Source: Candidatus Undinarchaeota archaeon (GTDB taxonomy: Archaea > Undinarchaeota > Undinarchaeia > Undinarchaeales > JALTGF01). Taken from it: 64,000 nt of DNA. The notes below the pieces were generated by a model. The model was not told the DNA's origin, did no database searches, and saw only the letters and a list, made by a program, of their open reading frames with translations. The stretch is from assembly GCA_964574035.1 (NCBI GenBank), contig CAZNLD010000004.1:547-64546 (forward strand), written 5' to 3'. The position numbers and the translations under genes were made by a program. How positions within the stretch are numbered: the first letter of the stretch is position 1; each line of letters begins with the position of its first letter. Positions 1 through 9,112 of the stretch are shown in pieces.

Positions 1-1
1 C

Positions 2-238
2 ACTAAAAAAGCAACTGTTAAAATAATAAGAAAACTGAAAAAGCTTAAAAAAGATCTAAAGAAAAGCAAAGTAGAGATTGTATTTGAAGATTACGATTAT
101 AATAGTGAAAAGATAAGTATCCGCATTAAATATGATGCAGACGCCCTGTATAAAAAGAAAGGAAGTGACCTCTTTTCAGGATATTTAGAAAAAGAACTTA
201 AACCAGACTTAGAAAAATTTATTGAAAAGATAGAATAA
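2..238 (+). CDS. 3' end of a hypothetical protein (partial, runs off the window start)
   Basis: Frame 2 is open from position 2 to a TAA at 236-238 (…KKGSDLFSGYLEKELKPDLEKFIEKIE*). No family recognised. Confidence 0.3.
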   Translation, partial: TKKATVKIIRKLKKLKKDLKKSKVEIVFEDYDYNSEKISIRIKYDADALYKKKGSDLFSGYLEKELKPDLEKFIEKIE

Positions 239-240
239 AT

Positions 241-1347
241 TCACTCATATCTTAACGCTTCTATTGGGTTAATTTTTGCAGCTGTTCTTGCCGGGAGAAT
301 TCCGCCGACTATTCCTAAAAAGAGTGAAAATCCAATAGATCCTGCAATAAGAGGCAGTGTTATTTTTGTTAAACTTTCTCCTAAATAGGCATTAATGCCG
401 ACTGATGCCAGAAATGCAAGAATAAGTCCAAAGACCCCTCCAACAATTGCAATTATTGCAGATTCTGCAAGTATTTCAGAAAGAACCTGAGTATCAGTTG
501 CTCCAACTGCTTTCATAACTCCTATCTGCTGTCTTCTTTCTCTTACAGACATGAACATCACGTTCATGATAACTATGCCTGCAATGATGGCAGCAATTAG
601 TCCGACAGAGTAAACCATAATGTTAATCTGCCCGACAAGGTCTTCAGCTCTTCTTTGAGCATCTTTCTGGGAAAGTGCATACAAATCGTCTTCATAATCA
701 TCATTTATTCTTTCAGCAATTAAATCAACTTCTTCAACATCTTCCGGTTTCAGCATGACAAGAGTAATTTTATCATCTTTTCCCCACATTTCCTTAGCAT
801 TTTCAATTGAAGTAATTATAGCTTCATCATCTGTTGTTCCGGTCTCTTCAAATACTCCAACTACCTCATAGTTGTTAGTCCTAATTTCAATAATATCTCC
901 AATGGTGTAGCCCAGTCTTTCAGCAGCTTTTGAACCGAGAGCAATTTCTCTGCTTCCTTCTTCAAACAGTCTCCCTTTTTGATAACCAACATAATCCGCC
1001 GGGAAAAAATCAAGGTCGTCCGGTTCAAAACCAATAATTGAACCGACCTTTGCCACCTGAATAAAAATTACTGGAGCAGTATCTTCAACTCCGCTTACAT
1101 CCAAAAGTTCTTCTGAGTAATCCTCATCAATCTGGCTTGCCTGATAATTTGCAAAAGTAACATCATTACTAACTACAGTTACTAAACCTGAAAGGACACT
1201 TAAATCTTCATTTATACTCGCCTGCATACCTGCAGTAAAGGAAGCAAGAGTAACTAAAAGAAATATACCTATAACAATTCCAACTACTGTAAGAATTGTT
1301 CTTAATTTATGCCTTTCAAATTCAGTTCTAACCAGGTCTCCTATCAC
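241..1347 (-). CDS. ABC transporter permease, FtsX/MacB-like
   Basis: 368 aa. N-terminal TM helix, large extracytoplasmic domain, then a C-terminal 3-TM FtsX module (…MSVRERRQQIGVMKAVGAT…). Abuts a paralogous permease and lies in an operon with an ABC ATPase. Confidence 0.85.
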   Translation of the reverse strand: MIGDLVRTEFERHKLRTILTVVGIVIGIFLLVTLASFTAGMQASINEDLSVLSGLVTVVSNDVTFANYQASQIDEDYSEELLDVSGVEDTAPVIFIQVAKVGSIIGFEPDDLDFFPADYVGYQKGRLFEEGSREIALGSKAAERLGYTIGDIIEIRTNNYEVVGVFEETGTTDDEAIITSIENAKEMWGKDDKITLVMLKPEDVEEVDLIAERINDDYEDDLYALSQKDAQRRAEDLVGQINIMVYSVGLIAAIIAGIVIMNVMFMSVRERRQQIGVMKAVGATDTQVLSEILAESAIIAIVGGVFGLILAFLASVGINAYLGESLTKITLPLIAGSIGFSLFLGIVGGILPARTAAKINPIEALRYE

Positions 1348-2457
1348 TTATTTCGCACCTCTGATAGCATCTATTGCATCTACTTCTGAAGCTTTAACAG
1401 CCGGATAGTAGGCTGCAGCCAGACTTAAAAGAATACCGAATAACACTCCTGAAACTGCTAAAATTGGAGTAATTCTCGCAAGCGGAATCCCCATATACAA
1501 ATTCATTGCTTCAGTACCAATAAAACCAAATGCCAAACCAAAGACACCTCCAAAAACAGAAAGGACTCCTGCCTCCTCAAATATCTGCCTCATGATTTGC
1601 TTTCTTGTGGCCCCGACTGCCTTCATAATTCCAAGCTCCCTGGTTCTTTCAGAAACTGACATGAACATAGTATTAATTATACCTATTGCGGCAACGAAAG
1701 CAGCAATTATGCCTATCCCAAGAGTAACAATTCTTACAGTTCCTATCATATCTTCGGCCATTTCAACGCCTTCTTCTGAAGTCCATGCATCTAAATAAGG
1801 ATATTCCGATTCAATTTCTTCAGCTAAATACTCAACATCTTCAGGATCCTCTGCTTTAATATAAATAGAAGTTATAGTTTCATGCTCTTCAAAAACATCC
1901 TGCGCCGTTTCAAACTCCATTGCAATCAGCATGTCAAACATAGAATCTGTTTTTTCAAGAATACCGACTATCTCCATTTCTTTGCCTTCAATTTTCATCA
2001 TATCTCCTAAAACTAAATCCTGATTTTCTGCAATTGCATCTCCAATTACAACTTCATAATATTCAGAATAAGGCCATCTGCCATCTTCAACTTGGATATT
2101 CTCCAGTCCGAATAAATCAAGCTTGCCTAAGTCCATTCCAAAAATAATTCCTTCCATTGGAACCTGTTTTGCAAGAGCAGGAACTGCTTCATCAACCCCG
2201 TCCATTTCTTTGATATCTTCAAAAACATCAATATCTATTTTAGTTGAAGCAGCTGTATTAGGGCCTGGTTCTACTCCTGCCTCAGTAACTTCAATCATTC
2301 CTGAAAACATTTCCATTTGCTCGGTAACAAGCTCGTTCATACCTTCAGAAATGGAGCCCAGAGAAACAACCGCACCTATTGCAATTATAATTCCAAGAAT
2401 AGTTAAAAAAGTTCTTATCTTGTGGCCTTTTATATCTTTAAAAGTAAGGTCTAACAT
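1348..2457 (-). CDS. ABC transporter permease, FtsX/MacB-like (paralogue of 241..1347)
   Basis: 369 aa with the same architecture. Motif MSVSERTRELGIMKAVGATRKQI is typical of FtsX/MacB permeases. Confidence 0.85.
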   Translation of the reverse strand: MLDLTFKDIKGHKIRTFLTILGIIIAIGAVVSLGSISEGMNELVTEQMEMFSGMIEVTEAGVEPGPNTAASTKIDIDVFEDIKEMDGVDEAVPALAKQVPMEGIIFGMDLGKLDLFGLENIQVEDGRWPYSEYYEVVIGDAIAENQDLVLGDMMKIEGKEMEIVGILEKTDSMFDMLIAMEFETAQDVFEEHETITSIYIKAEDPEDVEYLAEEIESEYPYLDAWTSEEGVEMAEDMIGTVRIVTLGIGIIAAFVAAIGIINTMFMSVSERTRELGIMKAVGATRKQIMRQIFEEAGVLSVFGGVFGLAFGFIGTEAMNLYMGIPLARITPILAVSGVLFGILLSLAAAYYPAVKASEVDAIDAIRGAK

Positions 2458-2466
2458 AATCAGAAA

Positions 2467-3615
2467 TTATTTTTTCTCTTTAAAGGGGCCGATTTCTTTT
2501 AATTTCAATATGAATGATGTTTCTATAATAATTATTAAAATCAATAAAAACATTAAAGGACTTATTCCAAGCCCTCCTGATGATTCATCAATTTGAACAG
2601 GAACCGATTTTGTATATTCTTCATTTTGTTCATCAAGGAATGTAATTTTAAGCTCCCCGATACCTTTCTCATAAGTTTCAAATCTAAACGTAGTATGCTT
2701 GTCAATCCTTAATTCATTATCTACATCTACTCCAACTGATTCTCCGTTTTGAATTAATTCAACCCGAATGGCTTTAGCCCTTGCCGTTCCGAGATTTTCA
2801 ATTTCAACTTCAAAGTTATTGTCATCAACCTCATAATTTAAAATTTCAAGTTTTGGCGTTCCAGATACAGGAAGACCAATAGATATAGTTTCAGAATGCT
2901 GTTTCCCGGAGCCGCTTTCATAGTCAATATTTAAATCGGCAGAATATGTCTTAGTTTCTGCTTCGCTGTCTATACTTACTTTAAAAACAAGTACTTTTGT
3001 TGCTCCGGATGCAATTTTTTCTACATGCGCTTCCGCTCCTGCTCCGGAGGGAATTATGTCTGTTGTATTCGGGTCAAGTTCGGCAAAGACATTGTACTTG
3101 TTTGTTTCTCCAACATTTTTTACTAATACACTTATTTCTCTGGTCGTACTGGGTTCAAGTGTATTTTGCTCATAATAAATATCAGAAACATAAAAAGAAT
3201 TCTGCGAACCTACTCTGATTGTTTTTGAAATCGTAATAGGTGAATCAGTTCCTCCGCTATATCTTATTTTGAGTGTCATTGGATATGTTCCGTCTTCTGC
3301 GGATGAAGAAATAGTTAAGGGTATTTTATATCTCCTGGTTTGTCCTTCTGGAACAGAAGTTATTGAATTTATTCCTGTTGGATATCCTGTTATTTCAGAG
3401 CCGGCTATTATTTCATAGCTGACTTCACTTGCACCAGTATCGCCTTCACTAGTTAAAGCAAGCTGTAAAGTAATTGTGTCCCCTGCAACAACTGAATCAG
3501 AAGGCAGCGTTGCATCTACTTCTAAGTTAGCGGTTGCATAAGCTCCGCTGGTAAATACTGCTAGAAACACAATAGATATTAAAGCCAATTTACGCATTTG
3601 CATATTTTTTAACAT
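2467..3615 (-). CDS. Surface-anchored protein with repeated beta-sandwich (CARDB / COG1361 S-layer-like) modules
   Basis: N-terminal signal peptide (MRKLALISIVFLAVFTSGAYA) and C-terminal TM anchor (PLMFLLILIIIIETSF). Repeated DGTYP / GETNKYNV-type segments. Sits between the ABC ATPase and the permeases. The true start may be M5 or M7, which would shorten the overlap with the ATPase gene. Confidence 0.6.
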   Translation of the reverse strand: MLKNMQMRKLALISIVFLAVFTSGAYATANLEVDATLPSDSVVAGDTITLQLALTSEGDTGASEVSYEIIAGSEITGYPTGINSITSVPEGQTRRYKIPLTISSSAEDGTYPMTLKIRYSGGTDSPITISKTIRVGSQNSFYVSDIYYEQNTLEPSTTREISVLVKNVGETNKYNVFAELDPNTTDIIPSGAGAEAHVEKIASGATKVLVFKVSIDSEAETKTYSADLNIDYESGSGKQHSETISIGLPVSGTPKLEILNYEVDDNNFEVEIENLGTARAKAIRVELIQNGESVGVDVDNELRIDKHTTFRFETYEKGIGELKITFLDEQNEEYTKSVPVQIDESSGGLGISPLMFLLILIIIIETSFILKLKEIGPFKEKK

Positions 3616-4306
3616 GTTTCTCCTTTCCTTTCTGTAATCTGCCGTCCTTTATTAATATTTGTCTTTTTGTTTTCTTTGAAATATGAGGATCGTGGGTAAC
3701 AACTACAATTGTTTTTTTCATTTTTTTATTTAATCTTTCAAGTTCATCAATAATTGTATCCCCTGTTTTCGTATCCAAATTTCCGGTAGGTTCGTCTGCA
3801 AGTATTGCATCCGGATCATTAATTAAAGCCCTTGCAATTGATACTCTCTGCTGTTCGCCTCCTGAAAGTTCATTTCCTTTATTTGTCAGTCTCTCTCCAA
3901 GACCAACTTTTTTCAAAAGCTTCTCAGCTTCTTTTTCTGATTTTTCTTTTGTTACTCCTTTAAATCTCATTGGCAGAGCTACATTTTCAACTGCAGTTAA
4001 ACTCGGAATTAAATTATACGCCTGGAAAACAAAACCAATTTTTTCTCTTCTGATTTGAGCAAGTTCGTCGCTGTCTAATTCAGAAACCTCTTCTCCATCT
4101 ATGTAAACCTTGCCTTTAGTTGGAGTGTCCAGACAGCCCATTATGTGCATTAACGTGCTTTTACCTGAGCCGCTTGGACCGAAAAGAGATGCATACTCTC
4201 CCGGCTTGATTTCCAAACTTACCTTATCCAATGCAGTAGTTTTAACTGAACCGGCATTATATATTTTAGACACATTTTTAAGTTCGAAAATTGGTTTTTT
4301 AGTCAT
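3590..4306 (-). CDS. ABC transporter ATP-binding protein (MacB/LolD-like)
   Basis: Walker A GPSGSGKST, signature LSGGEQQRVSIARAL, Walker B ILADEPTGNLD, H-loop VTHD. Confidence 0.95.
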   Translation of the reverse strand: MTKKPIFELKNVSKIYNAGSVKTTALDKVSLEIKPGEYASLFGPSGSGKSTLMHIMGCLDTPTKGKVYIDGEEVSELDSDELAQIRREKIGFVFQAYNLIPSLTAVENVALPMRFKGVTKEKSEKEAEKLLKKVGLGERLTNKGNELSGGEQQRVSIARALINDPDAILADEPTGNLDTKTGDTIIDELERLNKKMKKTIVVVTHDPHISKKTKRQILIKDGRLQKGKEKHVKKYANA

Positions 4307-4802
4307 TAAATTCTCCTTTCCTATATCTTATAACTGCTTCTTTTGTTATTTTCCATTTTCCCACTCCTAATTTTTCTATTACTTCTTTAGATTGTAATTT
4401 ACTTAAAAGCTCATTGTGGGGCTTGATACGTCCTTTACCTACAGTTATACGGAACTCTTTTGTTTTAAATGTATGGGTATTTCTATCAAAATAAAAATGT
4501 TCAATTAAATCCCTGCATAAACTATTAAATCGCTTTTCTTCCGGATCTGCTTCTTTAGTAGATTTCTGTTTGATAATGAATTTTCCTTGTTTATAATCCC
4601 TTATTGCTGAATTAGTAATTTTCCAGTAGCCCCACCCAGCGTCTTCAATTATATTCTTTTCTTGTAATCGATAAAACCAAGTTTTAAAATCTACATTTAA
4701 TCTGAATAAAACGCTCCTCAACTGCTTTGTACGAAATTTATCTTTCTGTTTAAACCTTTCAATTATCGTTTTTATTACTTTTTGCCTTTCATGTCTGTCC
4801 AT
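4299..4802 (-). CDS. Hypothetical protein made of two tandem ~80-aa repeats (possible winged-helix modules)
   Basis: Internal duplication: …EDAGWGYWKITNSAIRDYKQGKF… and …EKLGVGKWKITKEAVIRYRKGEF…. Overlaps ksgA by 28 nt and the ABC ATPase gene by 8 nt. Confidence 0.5.
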   Translation of the reverse strand: MDRHERQKVIKTIIERFKQKDKFRTKQLRSVLFRLNVDFKTWFYRLQEKNIIEDAGWGYWKITNSAIRDYKQGKFIIKQKSTKEADPEEKRFNSLCRDLIEHFYFDRNTHTFKTKEFRITVGKGRIKPHNELLSKLQSKEVIEKLGVGKWKITKEAVIRYRKGEFND

Positions 4803-5578
4803 TGTTCTGCTAAGTCTATAATGTCTTCAGGCTTTAAATTGGTTACTTTCAAATGTTTCTTAACTCCTAAACCTTCAACAAACTTCTTGACTTCTTCCTC
4901 CTCCCCAATTTCATGGAAAGAATCCATTAATGCATTCCTCATTTTCTTGTTCTTATGCTGGAAAAGAGCTCTTACAATATCATCAAATTTTTTAGGAAGC
5001 ACAAGCTCTTTTTTAGTCATTTTCAAAATTGTTGAACTTACCTCCGGTTTAGGATAATATTTATCAGGAGTTACATCTTCCAAAAGAGTTACATTTGCCC
5101 TGACATAGCAGTTTACACTTAATCGAGAATAACCTTCCGTTCTTGGTTTTGCAGCCATTCTTGCAGCGAATTCCTTCTGAAGACAGAGAACAGCGGACTT
5201 AAAATCATGCCCCAATATTTTAAAAACCAATGGAGAAGAGATGGAATAAGGCGCATTTGAAATTAATTTATCAAAAGAAGGCCACTCGGTTTCCAATGCA
5301 TCTCCGATAATAACTTCAACACCGTCTATTTCATCAAGAATAGGCTTAAAAGTTTCATCTTTTTCTATAACAATTGTTTTTCCGGCTCTTTCTGAAATTA
5401 ATCTGGTCAAAGTTCCTATTCCGGGCCCTATTTCAAGAACAGTATCCTTCTCATCAACCTGTGCATAATCAACCTCCCTCTTCAAAACTTTAGAGTCAAT
5501 TAAAAAATGCTGGTCCAGATACTTTTTAGGCTGGATACCGTGTTTTTTAAGAAGCTGTTTGATTTCTTTTAAATTCAT
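4775..5578 (-). CDS. ksgA: 16S/18S rRNA (adenine-N6,N6)-dimethyltransferase KsgA/Dim1
   Basis: LDQHFLIDSKV…, SAM motif VLEIGPGIGTLT, NAPYSISSP motif. Sits in the conserved archaeal position after DUF655. Confidence 0.9.
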   Translation of the reverse strand: MNLKEIKQLLKKHGIQPKKYLDQHFLIDSKVLKREVDYAQVDEKDTVLEIGPGIGTLTRLISERAGKTIVIEKDETFKPILDEIDGVEVIIGDALETEWPSFDKLISNAPYSISSPLVFKILGHDFKSAVLCLQKEFAARMAAKPRTEGYSRLSVNCYVRANVTLLEDVTPDKYYPKPEVSSTILKMTKKELVLPKKFDDIVRALFQHKNKKMRNALMDSFHEIGEEEEVKKFVEGLGVKKHLKVTNLKPEDIIDLAEQWTDMKGKK

Positions 5579-5595
5579 TATTAATTACTGCTGAA

Positions 5596-6237
5596 TTAAG
5601 ATTTCTTTTTCTTCTTTTCTTTCTTATCTTCGGATTTGTCCTCATCCGGAAACATTTTAACTCCGGCAAATATTCTATATTTTACCCTTTTACCGTGCTC
5701 GTCTTTTCCTTTAAGTTCTGTTATAATTCTTTTAACAACCAATTTTTTAGGATTTGGAAGCAGAGGAACTCTTTCAGCAAGATCTTCAAAACTTTCGAAT
5801 TTTTTTCCTCTCCTTATCTTGGTTATATCCCACATATGCTTCTTGCCTACTCCCGGAAGAAGCTCTAATCTATGTAATCTTGTAGTTAATGAACCGCACT
5901 CGTTGAACCATCTTACAAAAGTATCTTCCTTCTCTTCAACAAGCTTTTCAACGGCGTATTCAAATTCAACTTGAGCAGTTGAAGTTAAATCATCATATTT
6001 CAGTCTTTTTACAATGTGGTGTACCTTTTCTCTGGTTCCCTTGCCTATATACAGTCTGTCGCCTGAGGAAGCAGAATGCCCCTCCCTTAAAACAACTTCC
6101 AGCAGAGAAAAGTAGTCTTCTCCAAGAACCTGAGCTATTCTCTTTTCCCGTTTATATCTTGGTACGTTGGAGTCAGCTCTCCCTTCGGGCAAATAGTCCA
6201 AAACAATAGCATTTTCTTCAGTTGGCATAAACCTCAC
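5596..6237 (-). CDS. DUF655 / COG1491 OB-fold plus HhH nucleic-acid-binding protein
   Basis: ENAIVLDYLPEGR…, FVRWFNE…TTRLHRLELLPGVGKKHMW…FESFEDL matches the archaeal family that sits between rpoF and ksgA. Lys-rich C-terminal tail. Confidence 0.8.
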   Translation of the reverse strand: MRFMPTEENAIVLDYLPEGRADSNVPRYKREKRIAQVLGEDYFSLLEVVLREGHSASSGDRLYIGKGTREKVHHIVKRLKYDDLTSTAQVEFEYAVEKLVEEKEDTFVRWFNECGSLTTRLHRLELLPGVGKKHMWDITKIRRGKKFESFEDLAERVPLLPNPKKLVVKRIITELKGKDEHGKRVKYRIFAGVKMFPDEDKSEDKKEKKKKKS

Positions 6238-6587
6238 TCCTTCTTTTTGCCCTCGCTGTATTTATTTAGAATTTCGAGAACTTTTTTAATTTCTTCGTCT
6301 GATAAAATGAAGTGCTCCTTGCTGAAAAGAATCTTTATTTCATCCTCTGTTTTTGGAAGTATATAAGAGAGCATAACTGCATGCTCTTTGTTAAGCTTTT
6401 CAATATCAATGATATCCTTTATAAAACCTTCCGCTTCCTTCTTGGAAAGTTTTGAGAACTTATTGCATGCTTCAAGAACTAAATTCTGCTCATAACTTAA
6501 TTCCCCATCTTTCTTCCTGTCTTTGATTAATCGTTCTACCTTAGTCATAGTTACCGGTTCTTCACCCAGTAATCTTTTTCCAATCAT
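6234..6587 (-). CDS. rpoF: DNA-directed RNA polymerase subunit F (Rpo4 / Rpb4 homologue)
   Basis: 117 aa, helical. Conserved position between L21e and DUF655. N-terminal …EEPVTMTKVERLIKDRKK pattern typical of RpoF. Confidence 0.7.
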   Translation of the reverse strand: MIGKRLLGEEPVTMTKVERLIKDRKKDGELSYEQNLVLEACNKFSKLSKKEAEGFIKDIIDIEKLNKEHAVMLSYILPKTEDEIKILFSKEHFILSDEEIKKVLEILNKYSEGKKKE

Positions 6588-6874
6588 TTTGAACCCCCTT
6601 TTTTAAATTTTGAAAGATGCTCCGGCTTTGCAATAACTTTTTTAGGAATTCCTTTACTCTCAAGTTCAATTAAATATGCTCTTCCTCTTTTGCTGACTAC
6701 TTTTCCTGTATTCCCCTGAAACTTTGGATGAGGCATACCTGTATGAACTGCCGGATTAATTTTAACCAAAACCCTTTCGCCTGATTTGAACTCCTGCAGA
6801 GATTCAGCTATTGAAAACCTGCCGTTCTGCAGTTTATGTCTTGTTTTGCTTCTTAATCCTTTTGAACGTTCCAT
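6584..6874 (-). CDS. rpl21e: 50S ribosomal protein L21e
   Basis: MERSKGLRSKTRHKL…HTGMPHPKFQGNTGKVV. I prefer the ATG at 6874 over the track start at 6907, which adds 11 non-conserved residues. Confidence 0.85.
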   Translation of the reverse strand: MERSKGLRSKTRHKLQNGRFSIAESLQEFKSGERVLVKINPAVHTGMPHPKFQGNTGKVVSKRGRAYLIELESKGIPKKVIAKPEHLSKFKKGGSK

Positions 6875-6938
6875 AAATATTAATTCTCCCAAATTGTAGG
6901 AAACCAATTGAACGAGAGGTTATTTAAACCTTTTTATT

Positions 6939-7064
6939 AATGATAAATGGTAGATGGTAAAGGGTAGTTAGTAAGCGGCAAATCGTATGTCGTAACAAAA
7001 CTCACTAGCAGCTGCCAACTACGTAAAAAACCATTTACAAATAACCATGAACCATAAACCATCA
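6939..7064. repeat. Array of 18 in-phase heptanucleotides forming an imperfect palindrome (GGTA-type units, then ACCA-type units)
   Basis: Read directly: aatgata aatggta gatggta aagggta gttagta agcggca aatcgta tgtcgta acaaaac tcactag cagctgc caactac gtaaaaa accattt acaaata accatga accataa accatca. Shares long words with 24470..24546 and 50258..50292. Confidence 0.7.
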
Positions 7065-7065
7065 A

Positions 7066-8289
7066 CTATTTTTCCTTCGGACCCGCCAGTTTTGGATGCT
7101 TTGCAACAATTGCAGCTCCTACAGCAGAAACAATGGTACTAATGAGAATGACAAATATTACAATCTGAGAAAGTATCTGAGCGTGAGCTATACCGCTTCC
7201 AACAATCATTCTTGACAAGACAGCTGCTGACAGTCCTCTAGGAAGCATTACAGTGATTAAGTCCCTGTTTTCTTTCAGTGCAGGACTTCCTCTCTTAACT
7301 ATATTTACTGCAACAAATCTGCCTATAAGCAGAAGTATAGTTAATGCAGCTGAATAAACAACAATAAGGAGGGTTTGCTCAATATTAGCTACAGAAACAA
7401 GCATTCCAAGATAAACAAAGAAGAAAGACTTCATAAAGAAAGATATCTGACCGTGGAACCTCTTGCTTACTTTTCCCGCTTCTGCTCTTAGCTTCCTCAT
7501 TCTTAAAAGCTTTGAAACCAATATTCCATTTCCTAAAACTAAACCGAAAATTAAAGCAAAAATTGCTCCGTTTCCGCCTAAAGCCTCAACTACTGCATAC
7601 ATTAAAAGCACGAAAGCAAGAGTAAACATGCCGAAATAGTCCTGCTCCCTTCCCACTTTTATTACTTTAAGCCAGAGTACTCCTGCAATTGCACCTATAA
7701 CAATACCTATTGAAAAGGCACTGGCAATTCCTCTTGCTGCAGACATTAGAATTGAGCCCCCGCCTCCAGTAACAACTTTCAAAACAGATAAACTTACTAT
7801 AATTACTAGAGTATCAGTGAAAACCGCCTCCAAACTTAAGACAGTTTTTGCAGTTTCCGATGTTTTAAGATGGAAAATTAAAGGAAGAACGGCAGAAGAG
7901 CTGACTCCTCCGATGATTGCACCAAGAAGTATGCCAGTAAAATAATTCCAGCCGAAAAGAAAATGTGTGAAAACAGCAGTAATTATTACTGTCATAATAA
8001 AGCCGACTGTTGCAAGAGAGATTGACCTTGAACTTTCTTTTAATACTTTATTTAAGTTCAAATTCAGCCCGCCGTCAAACAAAATTACAATTAAAGCAAG
8101 GGCGACAAAAATTGGAACTGCTCCTGCTAAAGAAGTCGGGTCAATGAATCCAAAAACAGGACCTATCAGAAAACCAAGGAAGATTAGAATCAAAACATCA
8201 GGTATTTTTGTTTTTTTAAAAAGATAGTTTCCAAGGAAACCAATAATCAAAATTATTCCTGTTAGTGCAAATGGAGTTAATGAGCTCAT
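7066..8289 (-). CDS. Monovalent cation:proton antiporter (Na+/H+ exchanger family)
   Basis: 407 aa, about 11-12 TM helices. N-terminal pattern …GFLGNYLFKKTKIPDVLILIFLGFLIGP typical of CPA1/CPA2 exchangers. Confidence 0.8.
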   Translation of the reverse strand: MSSLTPFALTGIILIIGFLGNYLFKKTKIPDVLILIFLGFLIGPVFGFIDPTSLAGAVPIFVALALIVILFDGGLNLNLNKVLKESSRSISLATVGFIMTVIITAVFTHFLFGWNYFTGILLGAIIGGVSSSAVLPLIFHLKTSETAKTVLSLEAVFTDTLVIIVSLSVLKVVTGGGGSILMSAARGIASAFSIGIVIGAIAGVLWLKVIKVGREQDYFGMFTLAFVLLMYAVVEALGGNGAIFALIFGLVLGNGILVSKLLRMRKLRAEAGKVSKRFHGQISFFMKSFFFVYLGMLVSVANIEQTLLIVVYSAALTILLLIGRFVAVNIVKRGSPALKENRDLITVMLPRGLSAAVLSRMIVGSGIAHAQILSQIVIFVILISTIVSAVGAAIVAKHPKLAGPKEK

Positions 8290-8329
8290 GGCTGTACTTA
8301 AGATTCTTTGGTTTTAAACTTTACTCTTT

Positions 8330-8521
8330 CTATGAATGAGTTTCAATAAATTTTTCAAAGCTCCTGTCATATGTTTTTTCCGTTTCAGAGTCAAAACAGC
8401 AGGCAGGAAGTTCATTTCTGCTTAAATGATAAGCTATACATTCACAACATACTCCTTTTCTTGAACACCCTTCATATGTACAGGGGCAGTTTTCTAGGTT
8501 TGCTTCTTTTTGACATTCCAT
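8330..8521 (-). CDS. Small cysteine-rich protein (9 Cys in 63 aa)
   Basis: [45 protein letters not shown] recall this pattern as a conserved small Cys-rich family, but that is unverified. Starts 1 nt after the stop of the upstream VIT-like gene. Confidence 0.55.
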   Translation of the reverse strand: MECQKEANLENCPCTYEGCSRKGVCCECIAYHLSRNELPACCFDSETEKTYDRSFEKFIETHS

Positions 8522-8522
8522 T

Positions 8523-9107
8523 TTATAATAACCCCACTATTAATAATATGTAGAAAATTAATCCGATTAAAACTCCGGCACCCAGCATTTTAAATCCGTG
8601 AATAATTCTATTTTCTTTTGCAATCCTTCCAGCGAAGGCACCAAGAGCGAAAACAAGAACTGCAGTTAATCCAAATGAAATTAAATAAGATTGATGCATA
8701 GGCAGTGAATTATAGTTCGCAACCAAAAAGGGTGAAACAATAATTAAAACCACAAGCATAGGAGACAAACCATTAACTAATGAAATAATATTTGCCATTT
8801 TATGCTTTCTTTCAGAATATTTTGTTCCTTTCAAGTCATTCATTAAGTGCATCTCCATTTTTTTAACTGACTTTTTAACTTCAGCTTTTTCTGCAATATA
8901 GGCGCTCCAGATGCCTGAAATGAGAAGTGCTACCGCTGCACCAAAAGCCGGGAGAACAACAAGCCTTGGTTCCTGAATGCCTCCAAAAAAGGAAGCAATA
9001 ACAATACCCAAAACAGTCAGAGCTCCGTCAAAAGAATTCATTATAATATAGCGCCGGATAATTTCATTTCCTTCCAGGAATTTGAAAATTGCTATTATTT
9101 TCTTCAT
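8523..9107 (-). CDS. VIT1/CCC1-related membrane protein (TIGR00267-like)
   Basis: [19 protein letters not shown]… followed by TM helices. This archaeal family is typically adjacent to DUF211. Confidence 0.6.
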   Translation of the reverse strand: MKKIIAIFKFLEGNEIIRRYIIMNSFDGALTVLGIVIASFFGGIQEPRLVVLPAFGAAVALLISGIWSAYIAEKAEVKKSVKKMEMHLMNDLKGTKYSERKHKMANIISLVNGLSPMLVVLIIVSPFLVANYNSLPMHQSYLISFGLTAVLVFALGAFAGRIAKENRIIHGFKMLGAGVLIGLIFYILLIVGLL

Positions 9108-9112
9108 TTAGA

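Noticed and set aside
6939-7064. Heptad palindromes as a replication origin (inverted ORB-like repeats around an AT-rich core).
   Set aside because: There is no orc1/cdc6 gene nearby. The units do not resemble ORB or mini-ORB consensus as I recall it. Four loci in 64 kb is too many for origins.
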